Positions 38,213 to 55,708 of a stretch of DNA of 64,000 bases are shown in pieces. A program made the position numbers and the translations under genes. A model generated the notes under the pieces. That model searched no databases. It was not told the origin of the DNA and saw only the letters and a program-made list of their open reading frames with translations. Origin of the DNA: the human T2T-CHM13v2.0 reference genome, Homo sapiens; NCBI RefSeq assembly GCF_009914755.1, contig NC_060934.1, one strand, 5' to 3'. How positions within the stretch are numbered: the stretch's first letter is position 1; every line of letters begins with the position of its first letter.

Positions 38213-39164
38213 TCATTCTCTATCTCAGCCACCTGCCCTTTGCCCGTGGCTCCATAAGGCTTTAACTTGCCCTTCATGGTCTTCTCAGAGCCTTCCCTCA
38301 TCGGATGTTTCAGACCTCATTTGTTCTTTGTGAATCCCCCACTGAACGCACGCCTGGCCTTCCGTTAGAGCCACCGGCATGGTACTCTCAGTCTTGGCTC
38401 CCTCAAGCCCCACCACCCACCATCCCTCCTCTAAAAATTAGTCCTTGCGCCTAGGTCTCAGCCTTTCAGTGTTGAGGCCTCTCTGCCACCTCTGTGTGTC
38501 TTCAACACATCGAAGCCTGCTACCCAACTCCTTGTTTGACTTTGGACAAGAAGCGAAGGGAAGAAGAAAAAATAAATGCAGGTGCTATCTTATGGAGGTG
38601 GGGCTATGGATATTTGCTTTCATTTCTCAGTTTATTGTCATAATCTAAGGTATAGTACACTATAGACACAGATGCTAAGACTCTCATTTCTGATTTGAAT
38701 CAGACCTAAGGGGAGAAGGCGCCTTGCAGAAGCTGGTTAACTCCAACCACCTGAGAGCCCCAGGAACGACAACAGGTAATAAACTGGAAGAAAAATGAGT
38801 AACTGCTTAATTTAAAATTAAGCTCTTTTAGATAGCAGCCAACTTTATCTCATTTCTTTCTTAATACAAATAAATGACCCAGAGATACTTATTTCAAGTG
38901 CCTTAAAAAATCATATACACTGTCGTTTATGCTTCACCATCACACTAAAACTGGGTCACTGTGACTTCCTTCTGCCCAACTCAATGTGTGTATCTCCTTC
39001 CTCAACTTCCCTGACCTCTCTGGTTAGACTAAGGGCAAGAACCTCAGGTTCCAGTTTTTCTAACTGTTCCAGAAAATGCAAAAGACACAGTTGTATTCTG
39101 TATAGAGGCTAATGGCATTTGCCTGCATGACAGAAAGACTTGAGTTTGAATGCCAGTCCCATCA

Positions 39165-41483
<2,319 letters not shown>

Positions 41484-41782
41484 GCATTCTGGTATTTTCT
41501 TGAAAAATAAGTTGATCTCATGACCCAGTAATGGGCTGCAACCATGAGTGTGGAAAAACATTGTACTGTATGACATCCAAAACTACTTCTATTGCTAACA
41601 TCCTATTATTACCCCAAAGTAGGCTGAGACAGAAGGAAAGCAGAGGACAAGTAACCTCTGGACTAAGTACCTACACCTGTATCTTCCCGGAGGCATAGTT
41701 ACTCAGTATCAGGAAGGCCACTTACTCCTGCCCATGAAGTTTTTTTAAAAAGCTGCTTCTGAAACAACACAGGAGCTCATAC

Positions 41783-41882
41783 CTACAGCATCGCTGATTT
41801 CCAGAGCAGCCAATAATTGCTTCGAGACCTTAATCACCATCTGCATATTTCCAAAAAGTCCCTCAAAATCAATGTTTGGTAC
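41783..41882 (-). CDS. DNMBP: DNMBP exon 6 (100 nt), DH domain
   Basis: ctcag|GTA CCA ... GCT GTA G|gtatga; VPNIDFEGLFGNMQMVIKVSKQLLAALEISDAV. Not in the ORF track; read by hand. Confidence 0.95.
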
Positions 41883-42740
41883 CTGAGAAAAGGAAACAAA
41901 ACATAAAAATGCACGGAAATGAGCTTAATGGCATTTCAATCATCTTAGGAACAGCTCTTCAAGAATTGTAGAAAAATTGCTCAAGGTCACTTTCTTCACT
42001 CACTTTCACGAAGTTTCCAGACTAGAAATATCCAACATTATCTTTAGTGTCATCCTTTGTCCTTGATCCAACTATTCTCTGCCACCCCAACCAGCACTTT
42101 AGTAAAGTGATAATGGAACCAATTTGGCCTACAAATGCACTGGGATACAAATTCCCACCCGCAACCAACATCCCGTAGCACTGCCTACCTGCTGCAGAAG
42201 TACTTGGGAGTGAATGCTCCAAGGGTGTAAACCCAAGCCCAGCCCAGCTGGTCAAGTTACAAGCAACAAGGACTATAAACCCCAGGACATTGTTACCCTT
42301 TTCTTACTACCTCCAGCATCTAGAAAAGTCCCTAGCCTACTCACATGTTAGTAAGGGTTTCCTGGATAAACTCTATATGAACAGGTACTAGAGTCATGTA
42401 ACTGCTCACCCCCAGGTTTTGTTACATCATCACTCAGCCTTCTAGCAGGGCCACGATTCAGACTCCCTGGAACTGCTTTCAGGAGCCACAGAAACAGGAA
42501 GTGTCCTAGGAGTGACTGCAGTGTCTGGTAGGTTAACAGTAGACTTGACAAGTGAAAGGATGCTGAAGGCTTAGCTGATGACACACGTATGTTGAGGCCC
42601 CTGATTAAGAGCAGCAGCACTCACAGTCACAGTTTCTATTTCAAATCCAATAAATCTGTGGCGAAAGCTCCTATATCCTAATGCTTCTGGCCTGGAGGAC
42701 CATATTCAAGGTCAAACTAACTCTGTCTCCCAGTTCCCAC

Positions 42741-42934
42741 CTGTGCCTGCTGCATGGGTACCATGATCCGCTCAATACACATTTCCAGATCCCGAATGTA
42801 GTCTCTTTCTGTCTGAAGAAGTTCTTCTATGACCTTGGCTCTCTTCTCCAGCATCCTCTGCTCTGGATTTTCGGCAGACACAGACCCAGAAGGGGCCACC
42901 AGTGATGAAGACTGGGAGGAGAGGAGCGTCATTT
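42741..42934 (-). CDS. DNMBP: DNMBP exon 5 (194 nt): start of the DH/RhoGEF domain; phase-1 entry, in-frame ATG at 42932
   Basis: Acceptor cccttctag|AA ATG ACG; donor CAG|gtggga; peptide MTLLSSQ...[34 protein letters not shown]. Confidence 0.96.
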
Positions 42935-44374
42935 CTAGAAGGGAAAAGAGAACTGGTTAGCAGCTCTGGGTGTAAAAGCAGCACCCTTCCACAGTTTGAG
43001 GCAAACAGAACCCATTCCCTGAGAACCAAAGGTCTCACTATTGTCAACCCTCAGGAAATCAGATCGCACATGTCAGTTGTAAACAGGGACAGCTGAAGCG
43101 CTTAGAAAGCCATCACTGCAGAGAGAACTCCAACCTGTGCAATACCATTTTGAGAATGTGTCCTGAAAAGAAGTAGCTAGCCCACTTTGAGTGAACAAAG
43201 CATGTCTACAAGCTCCTTGCAAAAGAGGTTAGAGGGGTCTGCCCTTATAAGACTTGCTTTCACTTAATCAGATATAAAACATGGTCCATGATCAAAGCAC
43301 CAGAAATAACAAGCTGGAAGTTCAAAATACAGATGTAGCACATTAAACAGAATATTATGGGGAACACAGAACAATGCCAACTAAGGGTAAAATAAAAAAT
43401 AAGAAATTATCCATCTGAGATCTGGATAATTATAGGACCTATCATTTTCCAGTCACTGTAATGGTAGGTCAACACTAGCATATAATGAAATAGGTAAAAA
43501 AAATTGTTTAGATTTTCCCTATGAAAACCTTAACCAAAACTCACAAGCAGGTTTTGTTACTCAAATGTCCTAGTAGATACAAACTTACTATAAACATGAA
43601 GCTTATCAATGGTATTTTCAAGTATAAGAATCTCTAAGAACTAAACTGCATTATTCTAAAAAACAAATATGTATCCTGTCATTAGCTTTTACAATTATCT
43701 GACTATTACTTAGATACACAGGATGAGAGAGTTATCTATAAACATGGAACAGCGTTTGTTCATCTGAAATGAGCATTAAACATGGTAATAAGCAAAGGAA
43801 AAGAACAGCAGTGAAACAATCAGCCTCTGCTTAGTCTATCAAATTCTTTATGATCCAATTAAACAACTACAAATTTGGTATGTAAATATACTAGTAAGTC
43901 TGAGTACAATTACAGGACTATTTTAACCCAGGTTTAAGAAGCAAAAACACAAGTGTTCAAACTACTTAAGGAAAGTCGGCCTTCACAGCAGATTTTATTC
44001 TCCAAAACACTTTCCACACTGCTTTCTCTCAGAAGTTAGGAATTCTGGGATGGGTGCAGTGGCTCACGCCCATGATCCCAGCACTTTGGGAGGCCAAGGC
44101 TGGCAGATCACTTGAGGTCAGGAGTTCGAGACCAGCCTGGCCAACATGGCAAGCTCCCATCTCTACTAAAAATACAAAAATGCTAAGCATAGTGGCACAC
44201 ACCTGTGATCCCAGGTACTTGGGAGGCTGAGTCATGAGAATCACTTGAACCCAGGAGGCAGAGGTTGCAGCGACACGAGATAGTGCCATTATTGCACTCC
44301 AGACTGGGTGACAGAGAAAGACCCTGTCTCAAAAAAGTAATTCCAGTGTTTTAGAATACAACCCAAAGTCTGGT

Positions 44375-44745
44375 TTCTAGATGCCATTCTCCACTAAAAG
44401 GAGGCAGGGTTCTTTGAAGAAATGGCTAATTCCAGGGCTGGGGCAGAGAAGGTATAGCTGAGCCTGAAATGTGGGAGAAAGTGAAGAAGTACTCAACAAC
44501 ATGGTGGGGATAGGTCAAAGGGCACAGAGGCCAGCTTGAAGGGGCTCCCACTGGCCAATCTGGCACAATTTGAGTATAAATGAAAAAGCACAATGGATTA
44601 TTCCACTGAATAAGAACCTGTAAGTACATATTGATAATATGTAAGTACATAAATAAATGGGGGAGAAGAGAAAACTCTTTGTTATGGTAGAATGTCAGCT
44701 GATAAATAAGAGAAGAAATAATGGAGTCAGCAAATCACCATTTTA
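44375..44745 (+). mobile_element. L1MC-family 3' fragment
   Basis: gatgccattctccactaaaagg...gccagcttgaaggggctcccactggcca...gggggagaagagaaaactc, an L1MC 3'-end pattern. Confidence 0.7.
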
Positions 44746-44770
44746 GGCCAAGTGTGGTGGCTCATGCCTA

Positions 44771-45187
<417 letters not shown>

Positions 45188-47559
45188 TCAGGAGGCTGAG
45201 GCAGAGGTTGCAGTGAGCCAAGATTGCACCACTGCACTCCAGCCTGGGAGAACAGAGCAAGACTCCATCTCAAAAAAAAATCCATGTTCATACAAAATAC
45301 ACACTGAAGCTTACTAAGGGGCACAATATATGCAATGTACTCTTAGTTCATTAAAGAAAAAAAAACTGCATGTGGAGAGTGGGGATTGACAGAGAATGAG
45401 ATAAAAACAGCAAAATGTTAAATATGGGTGAATTTGTATAAAATGTATACAGGAGTTTTCATTGTACTATTGCAATTTTCTGTATATTTGGTATTATTCA
45501 AAATAAAACTTAAGACATAACAGAAAAAGCTCTTTCTCGAACTTTTTGGTAGAATGAATGGCAAAACTTGAAGCATAACCCTGATTTCATCAGTGTTCGA
45601 TTATGATTCTAAATTCATTGTGTTACATGTAAAATTTATTTCTAATAGGCTTGTTTTAAATTTTCTTTGTGATCTCAAAGCAACAGACTTTCAATCCCAA
45701 ATATGGTCTCATTAGTGCCAAGTTGAGAATAGAAACTCATTTTAAATACAAGACTAAAAAGCTCTGGAGAGGGAGAACATTTACTGAATTCCTATCACAT
45801 GCCAGGTACTTTACAGATTATATCCCTGAACTCATTTAATACTCACATCAGAATTTTTAAGTAGGTATTATTACTCCCATTTAATAGGTAAGAAAATCCA
45901 GGCTTGGAGAGGCTGACAAACTTGTCTGAGGTTATATAGTGAGTAAATGGCAGTTGTGGATTTAGAACCTAAATATATTTAAATCCAAATCCTGTGCACT
46001 TAATCCTGCACCATTTGGTTTCCCTGGCCTGGAATCTCAATGAGAAAAGGTCAGGGGCTTATTTGCTTCAAATCTTAAAAACTCCCTGGAAACCACTGTG
46101 TACTCTCCTGAGAATCAAAATTCTACTAATTATAGTAGTTGGAAACACAAAGTACCAGCAAGCACTTACTCATCAATCAGAAGCCAGCCAGCCTATGTAT
46201 TAGATTTTTATTTCTTTAAAATGGAGAAAAACAATAACAATTCTTTTAAACTACCAGCGTGCCTTCCCCTGTGCCCCCACCCCCCGAAAATGGGGTTTAT
46301 AAACTCTTGAGCAGCCTTTAAAAACCCAAACACTTTGGTGTGATTAAAAACCCCTGTGGGATGTTTTCACTGTATTGCAGTTTCCTGGACACCATCCCTG
46401 GGATTCAGATTCAGCAAACCTGGGTGGGACCGGGGTATCCGCAATTTTAATAAAACCCTAGGTGTTTCCTTCCCTCCTCTTTCTCTTCCTCTCTCTTTAA
46501 AGGAGGGGGTTGTTACCCAGACTAGTTTCAAACTCCTGGGGCTCTCAAGCGATCCTCCCACCTCAGCCTCCCAAGTAGCTGGGACTATAGGCATGTGTCA
46601 CTGCTCCTGGCAACCCAAGGTATTTCTGAAGACACAGGTGACCTTCAGGTGCCACAAACATTTATTAACACTCAAAGAGAGTTTTCAAAGATTAAGTCAA
46701 ATTTTAAAGTCTGGCTTGAAATGACTGTAAGTATAAAAACTTTTTCCTTTATGCCACATATATTCTAATAAAAATATCTGCTCTAAAATTTTAGTATCTG
46801 GGCCATGCGTGGTGGCTCATGCCTGTAATCCTAGCGCTTTGGGAGTCTGAGGTGGGAAGACTGCTGGAGCCCAGGAGTTCAAGAGCAGCCTGGGCAATAT
46901 AGTGAGACACCCGTCTCTAAAAAAATTAAATTTTTAGTATCCCGGACAACAAAGCGGGAGAAGGCGGCCTTCACCCCCAGCCAGCTGTGGTGGAAAAAGA
47001 AGCTTTGAATCTTGCACTTCCCCACTATGTAGCTGGGGAGCCTTGGAAATGTCCACTTTTATCTCTTGGCCTCAATTTCCCAATCTATAAAATGAGGATA
47101 ATAATACTTGCTTTGCAGAGTAGTTGAGGGAGTTAAACAAGGTAATAACCCAACAAACATAAGTCCTTTTCCCACAATGGGCCCGAATATGCCATCTGCA
47201 CCTGATAGATGGTAAATACACTTGGTAAAATGTACCAAGCAGAAAAGTGCCCTGTGCAGACTCTAAAATTCCACTTTTCTATGAGAACAATAAAATGTGC
47301 AGACGAGCTCTTACTTTCTTCCTAGGATAGCCCGGCAGGTGTTAAAGGAGCTGGGACTGTTGCACAAATTTACTTCCTGTGATAAAACAATTAGTTGTGG
47401 GGTTCCTTCAGTGATTGTGGCTTACCCCCCACCCCAAGTCCTGATTCCATTCCTTCTCAAGACACCCCCAGCCCTTTCCGGTTAGTACATTATCACCAGG
47501 CTCACTTCCTAAAGTTCGAAGGAAGGGAGTCATTAGCCCACGGCTTCCCACAACTCCAT

Positions 47560-48000
47560 CACACACACTTCAGAGTTAAAGAGCAGAGCCATGCGCCCTT
47601 CCCTTGCCTCAGAAAGCTGGATCTATCTCTAATGGGGAAAATTTTGAGCTCCCGGCCAGATCCCAGGTGCCCTTGAACAGGGACGAAGAGGCTGCCTGTT
47701 CCACTTCCTTCTGTGCTGGCTCCCACACCCCAGGACCTACCTGCAGTGCCCAGAGCTGGCTGTGTGTGGAGGTGTGGGCCTGAGGGTAAGCAGGCGGGAC
47801 AGAATCTTCCCAGAGCTCTGGAATGCTCCACAACCCCCCAAACTCCTTTGAATAGGGTCGGCATTTCCCCCAGGCTTCCCACATTTACATATGAATCGCG
47901 CAAGTCACCCGGGCTATCACAGCAGGGCTTGTCCTAAAGGATGGAGCTGGAACCCTAAGCGTACTGGACTGAGAAGTGCACCAGCGGGCCCAGCAGTACC
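47560..48000 (-). promoter_or_regulatory. Putative internal promoter region for the short isoform
   Basis: Repeat-free, locally GC- and CpG-enriched stretch around the candidate first exon; no clear TATA box. Inferred. Confidence 0.4.
47741..47864 (-). CDS. DNMBP: Probable alternative first coding exon of a short DNMBP isoform (MPTLFKGVW...ALGTA, 41 aa)
   Basis: ATG at 47864 with G at -3; open frame to a strong donor GCAG|gtaggt in phase 1, matching the phase-1 acceptor at 42934; non-repeat, GC-richer context. Confidence 0.65.
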
Positions 48001-48713
48001 TGGATCAACACCTTCCTTTCTATTTGGTGTTCTTTCCTAGTCCTAAAACCCTCGAAATTCCACCTCTGGAGTTTGAATCTAAGATTATTATCTCTTCCTT
48101 TTCTACCCCATGCTAAGCCTTTTTGTTGTTGTTTTGCGTGGGAAATGGGGAATGCCCTTTTGAGGAAAGAATTCCAAAGGCCCAGCCATCTCTTGTGATG
48201 AGAGGCAAAACTGTGAAGTGGGCAGCAGTTGCCTGTTTAGTCTGCTCCTGAGCCTCTTTATGCAGTCTTTCACCCACAGCTTAGCCAAGGGACCCCAAAC
48301 CTCCCCCTCCTTTAGGCAATGAACCCTAAAGCCATCACAGAGCAGATTTCAGCTGGGTAGTCCCAGGACAGCAAGAACAGGGATGGCAGGAGTGATTCAC
48401 AGGAACTGGGAGTCCCGCTCACATCTTCCAAACATTTACACTTAAATGAACCAGGGAGAAGAAAGGCACACAACAATATGCCACAATTTTTTAAGAAAAT
48501 GCACAATTTTGTAAGAAAATGGAGAACGGGGAAAAGAGACGAAAGAAAGGAAAATCTGCAAAAACCCATACATATTTCTATATAAACATATAGGCTGGGC
48601 GCAGTGGCTCACGTGAGGCCTGTAATCCCAGCACCCTGGGAGGCCGAGATGGGTGGATCACCTGAGGTCAGGAGTTTAAGACCAGCCTGGTCAACATGGT
48701 GAAACCCCATCTA

Positions 48714-49046
<333 letters not shown>

Positions 49047-49219
49047 TTATGTAAGTGTAGAGAGAAAGGTCTGGAAGGAAAACACACGAAATTCATCCCA
49101 GAGTTTGTCTCAGGGAAGGACCTAGGATTTGGGGGAGAAGTTGAGATCAATGGGGACTCAAACTTAACCGATACTTTTTAACCTCACAGGAACAAAATAA
49201 TTAAAAAAAAAAAAAGTCA

Positions 49220-49333
<114 letters not shown>

Positions 49334-50900
49334 TCAGTCTCTACAAAACAAACAACAAACAAAATTAGCTGGGCGTGGTAGCACGTGCCTGTAGTCCCAG
49401 CTACTCCGAAGGCTGAAGTGGGAGGATCACCTGGGCCTTCGAGGTTGAGGTTGCAGTGATCTGTGATAGCTCCACTGCACACCAGCCTGGACAACAGAGT
49501 GAGACCCTGTGTCAAAAAGAAAAGAAAACAAATATTTATATGGCACTATGTGTGTCATGCACTGTTCTAGGTATTTTACAAATATTAATTTAGCTTCAAA
49601 ACACCCTATTATTGTCCCCATTTTACTGATGAGGAAGGAAGAAAAATTAAGTAACTGCCCCAGTAAGTAGAAGAGCTGAGATCTCAACCTACCTTGGCTC
49701 CAGAGTCTGTGCTCTTGACCAATAGCTATTCTGTCTCTTTTTTTCCCAGGAAGGCAAACCATATGCATTCTAACCTGGAATTCCACTTTTGGGTTTTGGT
49801 AGCCATCTGGTAGCTAATAGCAAAGTGGTGCAATTCTAGAGCACAATTTAACCTGATAATTAGAGCCACAGTTTGCCCACAATAAGACTGTGAACAATGA
49901 TACATTTAAGCATATTTGCACATATCAATATGATTGCATTTATAAAATGCCACCCAATATAACATAAATTACCTAGACAGGCTGGGCACAGTGGCTCATG
50001 CCTGTAATCCTAGCACTTTTGGAAGCCAAGGCAGGCGGATCACCTGAGGTGAGGAGTTTGAGACCAGCCTGGCCAACATGGTGAAACTCTGTCTCTACTA
50101 ACATTACAAAAATTAGTTGGGCGTGGTGGCGTGTGCCTGTAATCCCAGCTACCCAGGAGGCTGAGGCAGGAGAATCGCTGGAACCTGGGAGGCAGAGGCT
50201 GCGCCTCCAGCCTGGGCGACAGAGCGAGACTCTGTCTCAAAATAAAAAAATAAATAAGTAAATCCCTCAGACAGAATCTAACCTAGTTGTGTCATACACA
50301 GTAAATATGCAACGGTATTCCAGGTAATTTATGGCAGAAATTATGTGAAATGAAGGGAAAGGCCAATTTTATTAAGTCTTTTCATTTTAAAAGTTAAAAT
50401 CGAGGGCAAAGAGGGATAGGGGAGTAAATTAAAACTTTAATATTTTTTCTACTTAAAAAAAAAAAATCGAACCTCAATACTTTATCTACTTTAAAAAAAA
50501 TCAAACCTTATAGCCCAGAAGCCTGCTTTTAGGAATTTATTCTACTAAATAATTGGACAAGGGCACAAATATGTTCATTCAGGGATGGTCAATGTTTTAA
50601 AAAGCTTAGAAGCAACCTAAACAGAAAGAACTAAAATTTCCTCAAAAGGGTCTGGGTAGAGAGCAGTGGAGTGTGCCTGTAGTGCCAGCTACTCAGGAGG
50701 CTGAGGCAGAAGAATTGCTTAATTCCAGGAGGCGGAGGGTGCAGTGAGCGAGATCACGCCACTGTACTCCAGCCTTGGTGACAGAGTGAGACTCTGTCTC
50801 AATAAAAAACCAAAAGAGCAAAAGGGCCCAGGTAAATAAACTATGGCATGCCCATATAATAAAATACTCTTATAAGGCCAGGCGCAGTGGCTCACACCTA

Positions 50901-51140
<240 letters not shown>

Positions 51141-52390
51141 CTAACGTGAATTGCTGAAAAAAGTTTATGAAAGAATTGTAGTTTTGTTAAAAAGGGAAAA
51201 ATATTTTAAATGCACATATTTGAAAAGAGTGTTAAAGGTGACAGAAACCGAGTTTTTCCTTTCTTTTCACTTATTCCCATTTCTAGTATTTCTATGATGA
51301 ATATATAATATTGCTATGACAAAGAATAATAAAGTAGAAAAAAGAACATTTGCTGTAAAACGAGAATGTTCTAACAGTCAGCCCCCAACTACCGTTAGTC
51401 CATTTCAAACGTTCTTTACATTTTAATAATCTGAGGTTTCTTTCCTGACCTATCAATCCCTATAAATGGATGAAGAAAATAGGGGCTGGGCGCGGTGGCT
51501 CATGCCTGCAATCCCAGCACTTTGGGAGGCTGAGGCGGGTGGATCACGAGGTCAGGAGTTCGAGACCAGCCTGGCCAACATGGTGAAACCCCGTCTCTAA
51601 AAAAAATACAAAAATTAGCTGGGCGCAGTGGTGCCCACCTGTAGTGTAGTCCCAGCTACTCAGGAGGCTGAGGCAGGAGAATCCCTTAAACCCAGGAAGC
51701 AGAGGTTGCATTGAGCCAAGATCGTGCCACTGCACTCCAGCCTGAGCGATGGAGTAAGACTCTGTCTCAAAAAAAAAAAAAAAGAAAAAGAAAGGAAAAC
51801 ATTGTTGAAATAATATGCAAAATAGAAAGCAAAAACACAACTGCCTGCCTAGCAACGCATCTAGAAGCAGTCTTTCTGCAGCAAACCCTGAGAGGAGGCG
51901 ATTTGTCTGTACACGTGCTCATCTTCTCCCCAGCCCTGCCTGGAGGAATCACAAACCCTGGTTTTCCGTGTTACCACAACACTCTGGCCAGCCCACCCAA
52001 CCCCCACTGCTTTTCCTCTAGCACCTACTTTACTTCTACTTGGAGAAATTTTATCCTGCTCTGTGTAAAACTTCCAGAGCTGCAGGGCTCATAGCAGACT
52101 TCCTGGATCACCAAACTTCAGAGGTAAATCTATTACAGTTAGGTCCTAAATCTCAACAGCAAGAGGAAAAACGTTCCTGGTGGCTTTTGCTCTGTAATGT
52201 CGGTCTATTTTGGCAAGTAGCCTGAAGTAAAATCCCTGCTGGGAGAAATTCCACCTCGGAGACCCAGCTCAAAGCCTCCCTTTCCCCTTTTCATATCCAG
52301 GTCCCAATCTAGGCAAACAGGACAACAAATGAGGATCAAGTGCCCAAATTACAGGAGTCTGCAACTTCTTTTTTTTTTTTTTTTTTTTGA

Positions 52391-52663
<273 letters not shown>

Positions 52664-53233
52664 TAGCATGGTATGCTGATAATCTTAAAACTGTGGGATT
52701 ATTATTTTTTAATCTTTAGGCAGCATAAGTAAAATAATCGACACAGCAAAGATAATTTTTGTAAAATTAAAGTTATCACTGTTTAATAAGCAAATTTTTA
52801 TGTCAGTCAATAAAACTTTACATGAAAAGCTCTATTTTCTACACACATACACACAGAATCCGATGTTCTATTTTACCAAGGCTCTTGAGGCAAGGTAATA
52901 GTGCTCACGTTTTACAAATGAGGAAACAGGCAAAGAGGAATAAAATGACTTGTTTAAGACCAAACAGCTCATAAAGCAGCATATTCAAAACTGGCCTCCC
53001 AAGCCAGTGCTCTCCATTAAACGTCAAGGCCCGTTCTGGATTTTGTGTCTTATCCATAAAAGCATGGCCATTTCCTGCATTATATTTCCATTAACACTAC
53101 AGTGATGGTTCAAAATTTGCTCAACTACATAACCCTCTATTTTTCTCTCCTACTCTATAAAAATCACTTTCTTCAGTTTATATTAATTAGGCGGTTTACT
53201 TTTATTCCTTCCACTTGCTCTCATAACATTTTA

Positions 53234-53554
<321 letters not shown>

Positions 53555-53896
53555 CTACAGCTTGGGCGACAGAGGAAGACTCCATCTGGGAGCTGGGGCA
53601 AGGATATGGAAAGCTGAAATGTCCTCTAAAGCATTCTGTAGTTTCAGTCAAGTTGTTTCATCTGTTGGAACTTCAGGAATAGCAAAATAACTGGAGTTAA
53701 ACTAGATGGTCTTTAAAGTTAGTTCCATTTGAGTGAATGAATCTAGTCTAACAGGCAAGATATAAATTCATGAAACAAAAGAATAAGACAAAATAGAATA
53801 AACTTAGGTAGTAAGTGTTTAGGTTTTATTTATTTAAAAGGGTGAACCTAATCTCTCAAAATAAGGATTACTATATTTCCATTTTTTTTTTTTTGA

Positions 53897-54055
<159 letters not shown>

Positions 54056-55558
54056 TAGTAGAGAAGGGGTTTCTCCATGTTGGTCACAGTGGCCTCAAAC
54101 TCCCAACCTCAGGTGATCCACTCGCCTCGGCCTCCCAAAGTGCTGGGACTACAGGTGTGAGCCACCGCGCCCAGCCCTATATTTCCAATATTTTGATGGT
54201 AAAATCTGATTAAACCTAGGATATGGGTGGGGTAAAGTCACTTCATTCCCCTATCTCTTCCCAGACTTCGACTTTTGGGGATATATGTGGAGCTGCTCCT
54301 AGATCTTGGGAGAGCAGCAGGTGTGGTGAATAAAGCACTCAGACAATAATTCAGAAGGCCTCACCCTGCCTCCCTCCTACCTGTGTGACCTTGGACATGT
54401 TATACAACCTTTCTGGGCTGTTGCTTCTGTGTGTGTAACAAAGGGGTTGGGCCTGTTTGTCACTTTCAGCTCTGAACTCTGACGCGACTTCTCAGTCTTT
54501 TTTGTTTTGTTTTTGAGACAGAGTCTCGCTGTTGCCCAGGCTAGAATGCAGCGGCACACTCAAAGCTCACTGTAGCCTCAACCTCCTGGGCTCAAGCAAT
54601 CCTCCCAAGTAGCTGGAACCACAGGCACAAGCCACCACGCCCAGTTATTTTTTTAATCTTTTGTAGAGATGGGGTCTCACTATGTTGCTCAGGCTGGGCT
54701 CCAACTCGTGAGCTCAAGGAATCTTCCTGCTTCAGCCTCCCAAAGTGCTAGGATTACAGGTGTGAGCCACCGTGCCCAGCCGACTTCCCACTCTTTTACT
54801 TCATTTACTCCTCTCAGTTGGGTATGAGTACACCAACTTCTAACCAGTTCCGCAAGGAACATCACTTACTATGGGAGGCCTCTTTCTAATCATCCAGTTA
54901 GTCATTTCCTCTCAGCGAGCCCAGAGAACTGGGCACCTGCCACTATTATGAAACCTGTAACAACAAAGTTTAATGGTCTGTTTCCCTATTAGTCCTTGAA
55001 CAGGACAAGCCTAGCTTGTCTCTGGGCCTTTTCCATCCTTTCTGCTCACCTACTGTCTTTTAAAGCTCAAATCCCAGCTTCTCCATGACACTTTCTCTAG
55101 TCCTTGGATTGCTCTTTCCTCGAAATTCACCTCTTCGGCAACAGGTAATAACCCTTGCTATTTAACTTCTGATACACACATTCTGGGACCCAAAGTAGAA
55201 TATTTATTGAGCATCTATTATATGCCAAGTACTATGTTAGATTCTGGAAATACCATCTTCATCCACTGCTATCATGGAGCTTAGACTCTACTGGACTGAC
55301 CTGTGTACTCTGTATGCACTCAACCTACAGTACTTAGCACAGCAAATGGCATTTAATAAATGGCAGCAATTGAGACCAGGTGTGGTGGCCCATGCCTGTA
55401 GTCTCAGCACTTCGGGAGGCTGAGGCAGGTGGATCACTTGAGGCAGGAGATTGAGATCAGCCTGGCCAACATGGCAAAACTCTGTCTCTACTGAAAAAAA
55501 AAAAAATACAAAAACGTAGCTGGGTGTGATGGTACATGCCTATAGTCCCAGCTACTCA

Positions 55559-55708
<150 letters not shown>

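Noticed and set aside
47559-47740. Distal part of ORF 47559..47903 and a possible GC donor (GAG|gcaagg) near 47608
   Set aside because: Phase 2, out of frame with exon 5, and weaker than the GT donor at 47741.
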